Positions 10,812-20,440 of a stretch of 64,000 bases of DNA are shown piece by piece. The stretch lies in assembly GCA_965248535.1 (NCBI GenBank), contig CBDFJR010000002.1, positions 2,208,001 to 2,272,000 on the forward strand, read 5' to 3'. Source of the DNA: Phormidesmis sp. Its GTDB lineage: Bacteria; Cyanobacteriota; Cyanobacteriia; Leptolyngbyales; Leptolyngbyaceae. The stretch's first letter is position 1; each line of letters starts with the position of its first letter. The notes beneath the pieces are model-generated. The model was given only the letters and a program-made list of their open reading frames with translations. It made no database searches and was not told where the DNA came from. Position numbers and translations under genes: made by a program.

Positions 10812-11494
10812 GGGATGATTGGCTCCCTGCTTATAAAGCAAAACAGGTGCGAGAAGCAGGGCGGCAATATTATGTCACCGATCGCGGCGATCGTGTTCCC
10901 AGTGTGACGGCGATTCTCAACGCGACTAAACCGCCAGAGCAGCGCAAAGCCCTATTCGACTGGCAGCAGCGTATCGGAGTTGAGGAAGCCTCGCAAATCA
11001 CGCGGGCAGCCAGTCGGCGCGGCACCGGAACCCATCGCCATGTGCAGCGATTTCTTCAAGGTGAGACGACTCCGTGCCCCGAAGCGGTGCGCCCCTATTG
11101 GGAAAGTCTGGAACCGATCGTAAAAGCGATCGAGCACGTTCGGTTAGTCGAGGGTCAAATATTTCACGACGAACTGCGCTATGGAGGCGTAGTAGATTGT
11201 GTTGCCAGTTTTGAAGGCACGCCCTGCATCTGTGAGTGGAAGACGGCGGATAAGCCGAAACAAACGGTCGATCGCTTATATGATTATCCCTTGCAGTTGG
11301 CGGCCTATTGCGGGGCAGTCAACCAGCTTTATCAAGACTATGACTTAAATTTGCGCCATGCGCTGCTGGTGGTGGCGATTCCAGAAATGCCTGCCGAGGT
11401 GTTTTGGTTTGAGCCAGAGGCGATGACGGACTATTGGGAGCAGTGGGAGGAGCGCGTCGATCGCTTTTGGCGCAGGCAGGGATATTTTCGATGA
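10808..11494 (+). CDS. PD-(D/E)XK exonuclease-like protein
   Basis: PSVTAIL, RGT..H, E..I.H..LRYGGVVDC...ICEWKT, YPLQL.AY motifs; ATGA overlap with the kinase stop. Confidence 0.8.
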   Translation: MRDDWLPAYKAKQVREAGRQYYVTDRGDRVPSVTAILNATKPPEQRKALFDWQQRIGVEEASQITRAASRRGTGTHRHVQRFLQGETTPCPEAVRPYWESLEPIVKAIEHVRLVEGQIFHDELRYGGVVDCVASFEGTPCICEWKTADKPKQTVDRLYDYPLQLAAYCGAVNQLYQDYDLNLRHALLVVAIPEMPAEVFWFEPEAMTDYWEQWEERVDRFWRRQGYFR

Positions 11495-11535
11495 GGGGCG
11501 TGAATTATATGAGATCGGTTATTTGGGTAGGGGCA

Positions 11536-11730
11536 ATGCCCATTAGTTGATACAGTGCTGTTGCTCAGGTTCACGACCACCCGTGGAACGATACCCTGAT
11601 CGAGCGCTTGCCCACTGGTGGATTGCTCCTGGTCGATCTGGGCTGCCTCAATTTTGTCTGGTTCGAGGCGTTCACCCAGGCAAACAAGTCCTTTCTCACC
11701 CGTTGCAATCAACAGAGACTTCCCAATTGA
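11536..11730 (+). mobile_element. IS4-family transposase remnant
   Basis: Manual translation MPIS*YSAVAQVHDHPWNDTLIERLPTGGLLLVDLGCLNFVWFEAFTQANKSFLTRC resembles the central DDE segment (HD...LP.GGLL..D.G......F......F.TR); in-frame stop and no ends visible. Confidence 0.6.
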
Positions 11731-11736
11731 CGATCG

Positions 11737-12456
11737 CTATCGAATCAGCCCTGTTCTCAAAGCGCGGACGGCAACCTGAGTCCGATCGTCGGCTCCGAGT
11801 TTGTTGAGAATGTTGCGGACGTGAGTTTTGACAGTGCCGACTGTGATGTAGAGCTTGGCCGCAATCTCAGCGTTGCTGCATCCATCGACGATTAACGCCA
11901 AGACTTCTAACTCTCTAACCGTGAGAGGGTAAGCCGGAATAAAATCACCATCTTTTTCAGATAACCCATTAATCGTGATGGTGTTAGGTGCAGCATTCAC
12001 GCCTGCGTTGGCGTAAGCTTTTTGAGACTGTTGCAGCACGATGCGCGCGATCGCCGGATCAATCCAGACGTTGCCTTCAGCAGTGGTTCTGAGCGCTTCA
12101 GTCAATTGGTCGATCGTGGCATTTTTCATGCAATAAGAGTCGGCACCCGCCGCAAAAGCCGCCAAAACCGTGTCTTCATTATCCTGCATGGTCATGATCA
12201 GAATCTTGGTGGCGATCGCTTCTCCGGCCTGCTGAAACCGTTTGAACTGCTGAGTGAGTTCGATCCCGGTCATGTCAGGCAGACCCACATCGACGATCGC
12301 GACATCTGACGGCACTGACCTTAACAGCATCAGCCCTGTTTTGGCATCTCTGGCTTCGCCGACGACCTCAATGTCTTCTCGCTGCTGAAGCGCCGATCTT
12401 AGTCCAATGCGGGTTAGATCATGATCTTCGATAATTACGACACGTAACTGGTGCAT
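11737..12456 (-). CDS. NarL/LuxR-family response regulator
   Basis: Receiver (IIEDH, VDVGLPD, YCMK) plus LuxR HTH. Confidence 0.95.
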   Translation of the reverse strand: MHQLRVVIIEDHDLTRIGLRSALQQREDIEVVGEARDAKTGLMLLRSVPSDVAIVDVGLPDMTGIELTQQFKRFQQAGEAIATKILIMTMQDNEDTVLAAFAAGADSYCMKNATIDQLTEALRTTAEGNVWIDPAIARIVLQQSQKAYANAGVNAAPNTITINGLSEKDGDFIPAYPLTVRELEVLALIVDGCSNAEIAAKLYITVGTVKTHVRNILNKLGADDRTQVAVRALRTGLIR

Positions 12457-12984
12457 TACTCAGCCTCTAGCAAATTTAGACAAAAGTTAAAATATCCTCA
12501 GCAGCAAGTCACTCTTTTGAAGGGTGATCTCTACTTGAGAAAATCTTATGGGCAACACACCCATTGCTCTGTCTACCTTTAGAAGCTTCTTTCCTCTCTC
12601 GCTAGACAGAGATGTTTATCGCTGCGACTCCCACGTCATATTATTCAGCCTTCAAATAGTTTTTTGATTGCTCTATCTAAAAGACTGTGGACTAGCTAGA
12701 ATTGCCACTAGATAAGCTCCCAAAGATGGAAGCTTATCTAATGTTGCTCTCTCGCTACAACAGACAATTTACCGACCTCTACCCTCGATCGGCACAGCCA
12801 GCCCTTAGCTTTGGGTAGCCTGGCAATTTTCTTAGCACGATTGTCGAATTAGAGACAGCCAGAGCTCTCCAAGTTTATTGCAAGCCAACAGTCTGTAGAG
12901 TTCCATTGTTGGGAGGATTTTGGTCAAGACATCTCGATCTCAATGCCATACAAAACTGTTGTTCGGCTTAAGCGGCGGCTGTAA

Positions 12985-13250
12985 GAGTTTGCGATCGCAT
13001 AGTTAATGTTGCTGTCTGTGATCACTGCGCCAGTTCAAAATGAAGTTTTGGTCGTTACTGCCCACAACTCGGGGCAACCACTGGGTTAGGCGTTATGCCT
13101 GATTCGGTTTTGACCTGGTAGCGATCGTGCTCCATTCCGTTAGCGGGTTTGTAGTCAACCGTTTGCCCTCCAGAATTTTGACCTCTGACCGTGCCCAACT
13201 GAGTCATTTTGATCGTCATAGCGGTCTCCGCCTCGACCCTCTAGCCCTGC
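12985..13250. repeat. Insertion-riddled direct copy of the 3' end of the neighbouring M23 gene (13390-13542)
   Basis: Collinear exact blocks, e.g. TGACCGTGCCCAACTGAG at 13186 and 13502, ACCGTTTGCCCT at 13158 and 13480, TTCAAAATG at 13034 and 13404. Confidence 0.75.
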
Positions 13251-13343
13251 AAGAGAGTATGACAACTGGCAAATTCATTAATTCTAGTTTTCATCGGTGT
13301 CCACTAAGATCGTAGTACGGAGAGGATGCGCGGACAGATTCAC

Positions 13344-14252
13344 TTAGCGTCTAATAGGTTTGGGATCTTCTGCTACCCAACCAAGTTTAGAGTTCGATCG
13401 CACTTCAAAATGCAAGTGGGGGGCACTAGAGCTAGGCGTTCCGGTTTTGCCTACGGTGGCGATCGTGGCTCCGCGTTTCACCGTTTGCCCTGTTTTGACC
13501 TTGACCGTGCCCAACTGAGCATAGCGAGTTTGATAGCCCTGCTGATGGTTGATCACCACTAAATTTCCATAGGCTCCTTGCTGCCCTGCAAAGGCGATCG
13601 TGCCATCTGCGATCGCTAAAACAGGTGCGCCCAGGGCTGCCGCGAGATCCAATCCGGTATGAAACACGGGCTGATCGCGTCCGGTCGGGAGATACCACCC
13701 ATAGCCGAGAACCACGCTGGCGTTAGCCGAGAGCGGATAGCCCGATAACTCGCCAGAATTAGCTTGGGGAGCAGATTGTTCTTCTAAAGGCGACCAATTG
13801 ACCCCCGGCACAAACACCACTCTGGGCGCAGGTTGACAGCCGTTGATCTCAAACAACACATCGGGCCGCACTCTATAGTGAGCCGCCACACTTCGCAAAC
13901 TCTCACCGACTGCAACTTCGGCTCGAATGCCATTGTAGGGAGGGATGAGAATGTCTGCTCCGATCGGAGCGTTCCCTGTTCTCAACACTGGGTTCATGCC
14001 CATCAGCGTTGCAGGAATTAGATTATATTTTCGAGCAATCCCTTCCAAAGTTTCGCCTGCCGCGACTTTGTGACGCACGAGGCGAGATAGAGCCGGAGCC
14101 TGACAGACTGAGTTGGGTGGGGCCGCGTTTGTGGAGGTTGCCATGATTCCGAGCAGCAAGCAGGCTAGCCAGGTAGGGGACGCGATCGCGCCCGTTAAAA
14201 AATTAAATCGACCCATTAACTCTCTATTCACAATAAAATTTTCTGTATTCAC
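13344..14252 (-). CDS. LysM / M23 metallopeptidase
   Basis: LysM repeats (HKVAAGETLEGIARKY), HTGLD and PHLHFE Zn motifs; start may be ATG 14216. Confidence 0.92.
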   Translation of the reverse strand: MNTENFIVNRELMGRFNFLTGAIASPTWLACLLLGIMATSTNAAPPNSVCQAPALSRLVRHKVAAGETLEGIARKYNLIPATLMGMNPVLRTGNAPIGADILIPPYNGIRAEVAVGESLRSVAAHYRVRPDVLFEINGCQPAPRVVFVPGVNWSPLEEQSAPQANSGELSGYPLSANASVVLGYGWYLPTGRDQPVFHTGLDLAAALGAPVLAIADGTIAFAGQQGAYGNLVVINHQQGYQTRYAQLGTVKVKTGQTVKRGATIATVGKTGTPSSSAPHLHFEVRSNSKLGWVAEDPKPIRR

Positions 14253-14836
14253 AGTTTAGCGGCCAGGATTTGAGCGGCAGTGAGCGCCAGCCCCGGAAAA
14301 ATGGGCGACTGAATGGGGCGATCGTCCTGATATTCTGTCAAATCGTAAAAGCCCTGATCGAGAACGCAAAGGGTCACTTTGCCTGCTAACGGGTCTACGA
14401 TCCAATATTCGAGGATGTCTAGCAGCCCATATTCAGCGCGCTTAGAGCGATAATCGTCGGTTTTGCTAGAAGGGCTAACGACCTCGACCACTAAAATAGG
14501 CGGCGGCTCATTGAAGTTGATCACCGCTTCTCGGTTTGCCATGGCTTCCCACTGGGCGATCGGCAAAACGGTGACATCGGGGATGCGGGAGGTCTCCCAA
14601 CTTCGGCCGCGGGGCGATCGAACGCCAACTAGTGATGATAAAGCAACCCAAGGCTGTCCTGATTGGCTGATGTTGTCTTCAAACTGACGAGTCAGGAAGC
14701 GAATAATAGCTCCATGTTTTCCGGTGCCTAGGCTCATAGGGACGAGTTCTCCATCGACGAGTTCATAGCGGGTGTCTGTGCCGTCGCTGTAGACGAGATA
14801 TTCTTCAAAGGTGAACTTTTGAGTCGTGGTGGTCAT
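14249..14836 (-). CDS. Uma2-family endonuclease
   Basis: RYELVDGEL, RIPDV, LVVEVVSPS, KRAEY...EYWIVDP. Confidence 0.92.
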   Translation of the reverse strand: MTTTTQKFTFEEYLVYSDGTDTRYELVDGELVPMSLGTGKHGAIIRFLTRQFEDNISQSGQPWVALSSLVGVRSPRGRSWETSRIPDVTVLPIAQWEAMANREAVINFNEPPPILVVEVVSPSSKTDDYRSKRAEYGLLDILEYWIVDPLAGKVTLCVLDQGFYDLTEYQDDRPIQSPIFPGLALTAAQILAAKL

Positions 14837-14909
14837 AAAACGGACTCCTGGCTAAGGTTCATTCATCAAGAGCAAGAGATTTTTTGACCAATCCCTTCCT
14901 GCTTTTAGT

Positions 14910-16423
14910 TTAATGGGTTGGCATGAGGACTTTTTCTGAGGTCATGCCCGCTTTAAGCTGGTCGATTACCGCTAATCGAAGGTCTCGTTTTTCCGAGACG
15001 AGTTTCACGCCCGGTTGTTTCAACGTCAAGAAGTCTAATCCCGTCTCGCGACCCGACATGAGAAAATCATTGACCGCAACTCGATAGGTTTGGGTGTCTA
15101 CGATCGCTCTCCCATTAATGAGCCATGCTTGTTGGTTTTGGGTGACGTTGGCGGTTTGCAAAAATCCCCCCGTTCCTCGATTGGCTTGCCCCTGCGTTAA
15201 GACGCGCTTGATTAAACTCCCTGGCATCTCCACAGACAGCACTTTGCCGCCAAAGGGCAAAATCCGAATCACGTCATATTGAGTGATCGGCCCGGCTGGC
15301 AGCAAATCATCAATGCGAATTGCGCCACCGTTAAAGACGAGCAAGATCGGCGTTGCCTGCTTCTTTTAACATGGCTGTGGCGATCAGATCCGTCAGATTA
15401 GTAGAGCGATCGCGCACGCTTTCTTCTAATCCATCCAGCGTTTCGCGAGTGGTGGCGATGACTTGATCTGGCTCAAAGCCTTTGGCCCGAAAGCCTGCAA
15501 ACCCCCGATCGAGCCATTGTTTAACAATCTCGGCGGTGCGGCGATCGTCAGAGATCGCATCGGTAATGGGCTGAAGTCGAGAGACAATTTTGAGTTTTTG
15601 AGTTGTGGTCTCGTAGGTCAAATCGTGAATATAAACCGTCCGAGCGTTGGCATCTGCTTTAAAGATCGGCGTGAAATCTCGACCGCGCCATTGCTGAATA
15701 TTTTCGTGCTCGTGGCCGCCCAAAATTAAGTCTATTTCTGGAATGGTTTGCGCGAGGCGCTGATCCTGTTCGAGGGGCAGATGAGTCACTGCGATGATCA
15801 TGTCTACCCGACCTTTGAGGGCGCGCACTTGCTCAGAAGCGGCGGCGATCGGGTCGCTAAAGCTCACATAGTTGGGGTGATTGCTGTCTAACGTCAAGCC
15901 GATTAGCCCAACCCGCAAGACTTCACGCTTTCCGGTGGGGTTGGGGTCGCTGGCAACTGAGAAAACCACCGATCGCGGCACCCCTGCCAACGGTTTGCCT
16001 GACGCATCGGAAACATTGCTTGAAAACCAGGTGAACCGCGATTCTTTTAAGCGTTGATAAAATGATTGTTCGCTCAAATCAAATTCATGATTGCCAAACG
16101 TAGCGTAATTAAATCCGACTGCGTTCATCACTGCAATCATTTGTTCCCCGGCGATCGGCTTGCCGTTGACTTGCGCCGTCCCCAACGCAGAAGGGACTAA
16201 AAGAGTCACCTGCCAAAATGGTGTAAGTGCGAGGATTTTCTTTGAGCAATTGCTGACGCAGAGTGGCGACTCGCGCTAATCCACCCCGTGTGCCGCCCTC
16301 GATCGGCGTAATCTCGTAGACATCATTTAGCTGTAGGAGCCTGAGCGTGATCGGCACGGCCAAAACTGGCTGAGTTAGCCCGATCGCCACGAGCGGTAAA
16401 ATCCATGCCTGCCATTTTTTCAT
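14910..16423 (-). pseudogene. Secreted 5'-nucleotidase/metallophosphoesterase split by two +1 frameshifts (true pseudogene or assembly error)
   Basis: Three consecutive ORFs carry LNDVYEI...AGD, FGNHEFD...GGHEH, and FNGGAIR; extra bases near 16191-16195 and 15339. Confidence 0.8.
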
Positions 16424-16506
16424 CTATCTTTGTCCTTAAACCAGTTCTATATGGTAGTTTCAACTGAATGCAACCTACACCTTTTATCAAATAGTTCTCG
16501 TTTTTT

Positions 16507-17913
16507 ATGGATTCCAGGCTGCTCAAACAAGAAGCAAATCTGCTCTATAAATCCCTAATGCCGCTCTTAGAGATGAAGGCAGCGTTGGCCGACGTTATTT
16601 TGCTCGATTTAGCCAAACTGATTCAGCTATGCGGGCGCAGCAGCGGTCAAGTGAGGACAGCAGAACTGTTGGCTTATCTCGTGATTTATGCGTTGATAAA
16701 ACGCGATGCCGACAAGCTAGACGCAGCCATTAACCGATGGGAGCGATCGCCTGAAGATCGCCTCGCAGGTCAGAAATTAGCGCTGCAACTGATCTTAGAT
16801 CTCACCCAAAATCAGCCTTCTGACTCATTTCAGTTGCCATCGATCTTAAATCGACTAGATGAAGAAAAGGGAACTCACTATCTCGGTGATGCCACCAACG
16901 CGATCTATAAATTTGCTCAAGCGATCGTCAAAGCTGATGGCACGGTCAGTTTGCAAGATTTAGAAGCACTCTCGTTAATTTGGCAAGAACTCCATTCTTA
17001 TCGCCCGTTAGACGCGGCTCAAGAAGGTCTGCCTGTGACTCCGATCGCTGAGACTTCGGCTGATCTCGATCGCGTCTTAGAAGAAGCCCTCGCCGAACTC
17101 AATGACCTGACAGGCATGAGCAACATCAAAGAAGAAGTGAAAACGCTAGCCAATTTTCTCAAGGTGCAAAAGATCCGATCGCAGCGGGGTTTAGCTAAAA
17201 CAACGGTTTCTCTTCACGCGGTTTTTTGTGGCCCGCCCGGAACGGGAAAAACTACCGTGGCGCGATTGATGGGGCGCATTTATAAAGGACTGGGGTTTTT
17301 GTCTCAAGGGCACTTGGTCGAAACCGATCGCTCTGGCATGGTGGCGGGATACGTCGGTCAAACTGCAAAACAGGTGGATGATCTGATTAAATCAGCGCTG
17401 AATGGCGTGCTGTTTATTGATGAAGCCTATGCGCTGGTGCCCGGAGAATCGGGGCGCGATTTTGGGCAAGAAGCGATCGATGTGTTGCTCAAACGCATGG
17501 AAGATCACCGCGATCGCTTGGTCGTAATTGTGGCAGGTTACACCGATGAAATGACGACCTTTATTGAGTCCAATCCAGGGTTAGAATCGCGCTTTAATCG
17601 CTATTTTTATTTCAATCATTACAAGCCCGAAGAGTTGCTCTCTATTTTTGAAAAAATGGCAGGCAAAAGTCATTTCAATCTGGCTCCGGGCAGTAGTGAA
17701 AAGCTGCAAAACCTGTTCACCGATCTGTATGAACATCGCGATAAAACTTTTGGCAACGCGAGACTGGTTCGCAATTTGTTTGAGAAAAGTCTGGAACGAC
17801 AAGCCAATCGTTTAGCCGTTCTTTCGTCTCTGAGCGATGAGTTGCTGACGACACTGTTGCCCGAAGATATCCCCGATCGGGTGGCTGGCGTTCAAACCGA
17901 ACGAGAGTCTTGA
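16507..17913 (+). CDS. SpoVK/CbbX-like AAA+ ATPase with a helical, possibly TerB-like N-terminal region
   Basis: GPPGTGKTT, YVGQTA, VLFIDEAY, NPGLESRF, FGNARLVRN; AIVKADG motif in the N-terminal part. Confidence 0.88.
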   Translation: MDSRLLKQEANLLYKSLMPLLEMKAALADVILLDLAKLIQLCGRSSGQVRTAELLAYLVIYALIKRDADKLDAAINRWERSPEDRLAGQKLALQLILDLTQNQPSDSFQLPSILNRLDEEKGTHYLGDATNAIYKFAQAIVKADGTVSLQDLEALSLIWQELHSYRPLDAAQEGLPVTPIAETSADLDRVLEEALAELNDLTGMSNIKEEVKTLANFLKVQKIRSQRGLAKTTVSLHAVFCGPPGTGKTTVARLMGRIYKGLGFLSQGHLVETDRSGMVAGYVGQTAKQVDDLIKSALNGVLFIDEAYALVPGESGRDFGQEAIDVLLKRMEDHRDRLVVIVAGYTDEMTTFIESNPGLESRFNRYFYFNHYKPEELLSIFEKMAGKSHFNLAPGSSEKLQNLFTDLYEHRDKTFGNARLVRNLFEKSLERQANRLAVLSSLSDELLTTLLPEDIPDRVAGVQTERES

Positions 17914-17998
17914 GTCACCAAACAACTGTCTGCGAAATTTCGTGCTGTGGCTCTAAGTTTAGTAGTTTCTCTTGTTAACTCAATCGCGTTAAAACTGG

Positions 17999-18607
17999 GT
18001 GGAGATTAAAGGTGACATGGCACTAGAAGATTGGTATCAATTAGCTAGCTCTATTGAAATTATTGATGAACCTTCGGGAATAGAATTACTGACCTTAGAA
18101 GAAGCTCTAGCTTTTGAAAAGAAGCATGGTTTTCTGCTACCGCAAGACTACAAGGAGTTTTGTCAGGTTTTTGGAACCGGAAGAGCAGCAAAATGTGTCA
18201 ATTTATATTGTGCAACAGACACCTTGATTCTTCAGCAGGAACTACTCTATTTGACGATAAAAAATATATCTGATTTTCCATCAAGTAGCGTTCAGGAAGA
18301 TTTTCTAAAAGTAGACCTTATACAAAATTCTTTTTATTTTGGAGATGATTCGGGAAGTTGTATGTTTATGTGGGATTTGAGAACCTATAGCAACCTAGAT
18401 AGTAGCTATGACAGCTATTTGGGAGTTTGGGATTCACCTTCGGATAGCTTTGCGGAAGACTATAAATATTTAGGACGGTCTTTTTTCGACCTTGTAAACG
18501 AATTCACATTTGCGGGTAGGATATTTGAGCTAGATCAAGGTGACTCAAAAGAGCCATCTTCTCCCGATCGTATTTTTGAGAGATATATTAATCGCTCAAT
18601 CGTTTAA
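17999..18607 (+). CDS. SMI1/KNR4 (SUKH) family immunity-like protein
   Basis: FEKKHGFLLPQDYKEF and FGDDSG...WD motifs; AT-rich; start may be ATG 18017. Confidence 0.8.
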   Translation: MEIKGDMALEDWYQLASSIEIIDEPSGIELLTLEEALAFEKKHGFLLPQDYKEFCQVFGTGRAAKCVNLYCATDTLILQQELLYLTIKNISDFPSSSVQEDFLKVDLIQNSFYFGDDSGSCMFMWDLRTYSNLDSSYDSYLGVWDSPSDSFAEDYKYLGRSFFDLVNEFTFAGRIFELDQGDSKEPSSPDRIFERYINRSIV

Positions 18608-18650
18608 AGTAGGCTCGCAATTAAGTGATTTAGAGAGCCACTTATCTCAA

Positions 18651-19193
18651 TTATTTCTTCTGCTTATATTCGCTGCCGTCTGGCATTCTAGCGCCGCCAA
18701 GTTTTGCCCCTTCTAGGGTTGCGCCTGCCATTTTTGCCTTGACAAGGTTGGCCTTTTGAAGATTGGCTTGATTGAGATTTGCGCCTCTGAGATCGGCCCC
18801 TTCTAAAATCGCTTCTTGCAAGTTTGCGCCCGACAGATCGGCATTTCTTAAATCGCTGCCAAACAGGTTAGCTTTTGTTAAATTTGCGCCCTGCAAGTTG
18901 GCACCTTTTAACTGAACCAGCGCTAAATTTGCCCGATCGCCCTTCACATTGCTCAAGTTGGCTGAGTTGAGTTTAGCCCCTTGTAGTGCTGCTGCACTCA
19001 AATTAGCACCTGTTAAATTAACACCATCCAACACATAGTTATAGAGGCTCGCCTTTGACAAATCGCAGTTTTCGCAGTCGCCAGAGTTGAGCAATTTTTG
19101 CACCTGAGTCGGATTGGCAGCCCGCACCGCTGCCCCTAACGTTAAGCTCAGAGAGACCGCGATCGCCAGAGAATGTTTCATAAATAGCGCCAA
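18651..19193 (-). CDS. Secreted pentapeptide repeat protein
   Basis: Signal peptide, C..CDLS and many A(N/D)LxG repeats. Confidence 0.92.
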   Translation of the reverse strand: MALFMKHSLAIAVSLSLTLGAAVRAANPTQVQKLLNSGDCENCDLSKASLYNYVLDGVNLTGANLSAAALQGAKLNSANLSNVKGDRANLALVQLKGANLQGANLTKANLFGSDLRNADLSGANLQEAILEGADLRGANLNQANLQKANLVKAKMAGATLEGAKLGGARMPDGSEYKQKK

Positions 19194-19239
19194 ATTTGTG
19201 ACAACTCGTTTAAGTTAAGCATATCGAAGGAGAACCCCT

Positions 19240-19572
19240 ATGGATAACTACTACAAACCCGAACACTTGCCCCATTTTGGTCACATTGCCGAGGGCAGCC
19301 CTGAGTTAGCAGAGAAGTTTTTTGCTTACTATGGAGCCGTGTTTGCAGAAGGGGCATTGTCAAAGCGAGAAAAAGCGTTGATTGCGCTGGCGGTGGCTCA
19401 TACGGTTCAGTGTCCTTATTGCATTGAGGCTTATTCTAAGGAGTCGTTGCAGCAAGGCTCAGACCTAGAGCAAATGACCGAAGCTGTCCACGTTGCGACG
19501 GCTATCCGGGGCGGGTCGTCGCTGATTCATGGCTTGCAAATGTTAGATCACGTCCACAAACTGACGATGTGA
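19240..19572 (+). CDS. AhpD/CMD-family peroxidase-like protein (arsenosugar-biosynthesis-associated type)
   Basis: GALSKREKALIALAVAHTVQCPYCI motif; close to arsS. Confidence 0.85.
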   Translation: MDNYYKPEHLPHFGHIAEGSPELAEKFFAYYGAVFAEGALSKREKALIALAVAHTVQCPYCIEAYSKESLQQGSDLEQMTEAVHVATAIRGGSSLIHGLQMLDHVHKLTM

Positions 19573-19747
19573 GGTCGGCGATCGCTTCGAGTGACCCGCA
19601 AGGAATCGCACTAAAATCGAGTGCAGCACTCACAGCGCGGACAATGCTAGAGCGATCGCCACAATAGTCAGGCGGTCTTCAGTCTCAGTGGCAAGAGAGT
19701 CCGATCTTGACAGGCTATGATAGAGGCAAAGTCTTGATCAGTCTGCT

Positions 19748-20038
19748 ATGCAAACCCTTACTGATATTGGTACGCTGATTATCCAAACGCCCGCAGTCTG
19801 CGGTGGTCGTCCGCGTATTGCTGGACATCGAACTACTGTGCAAAATATTGCGATCGACTTCAATGCCGGGATGAAACCAGAAGACATTATTTCTGAGAAG
19901 CCATACCTAACATTGGCTGAAGTTTATGCAGCATTAGCCTACTACTACGCTAATCAGAAGACGATCGATGCAGATATTATGAGCGATGATGCAGCGTTCG
20001 ACCCTTTGGAAGCTGAACACAGGGCACAGAGGCAGTGA
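19748..20038 (+). CDS. DUF433 antitoxin-like protein
   Basis: P.VCGGRPRIAGHR.TV...YL.LAEVYAALAYY. Confidence 0.9.
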   Translation: MQTLTDIGTLIIQTPAVCGGRPRIAGHRTTVQNIAIDFNAGMKPEDIISEKPYLTLAEVYAALAYYYANQKTIDADIMSDDAAFDPLEAEHRAQRQ

Positions 20039-20406
20039 ACCAGATTCGTTTATACATCGATGAGGATAGCTTTAACAAATCCCTGATTGCCGCCTTCCGC
20101 AGCGCAGACATCGACGTGATCACGGTTGCGGATGTCAGTAAACAGAGTTGTTCTGATGAGGATCAGCTTACTTGGGCATCAGAAAACGAGCGAGCCATCT
20201 ACAGCTATAATCGACGAGATTTTTGCCGCTTGCATGGAGAATTCCTGTCAACAAAGCACAATCACGCAGGAATTATTGTACTGCGGCAATAACGTTACTC
20301 AGTGGGACAACAGCTAAGAGGAATACTGACACTAATAGATATCCGAACAGCAAAAGATATGGTGAATCAATTGGTGTTCCTGAGTGCCTATATTGATAGT
20401 AATTAG
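20035..20406 (+). pseudogene. PIN-like (DUF5615) toxin with an internal TAA at 20290-20292
   Basis: RLYIDED...SDEDQL...YSYNRRDF...HAGII.LRQ*RYSVGQQLRGI...LVFLSAY; the frame continues past the stop to TAG at 20406. Confidence 0.75.
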
Positions 20407-20440
20407 AGATTCCTAATTTTCTTATTCCATAGTTATTTGA

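Noticed and set aside
12985..13542. DGR template/variable repeat pair
   Set aside because: The differences are mainly insertions rather than A-specific substitutions, and no reverse transcriptase is in the window.
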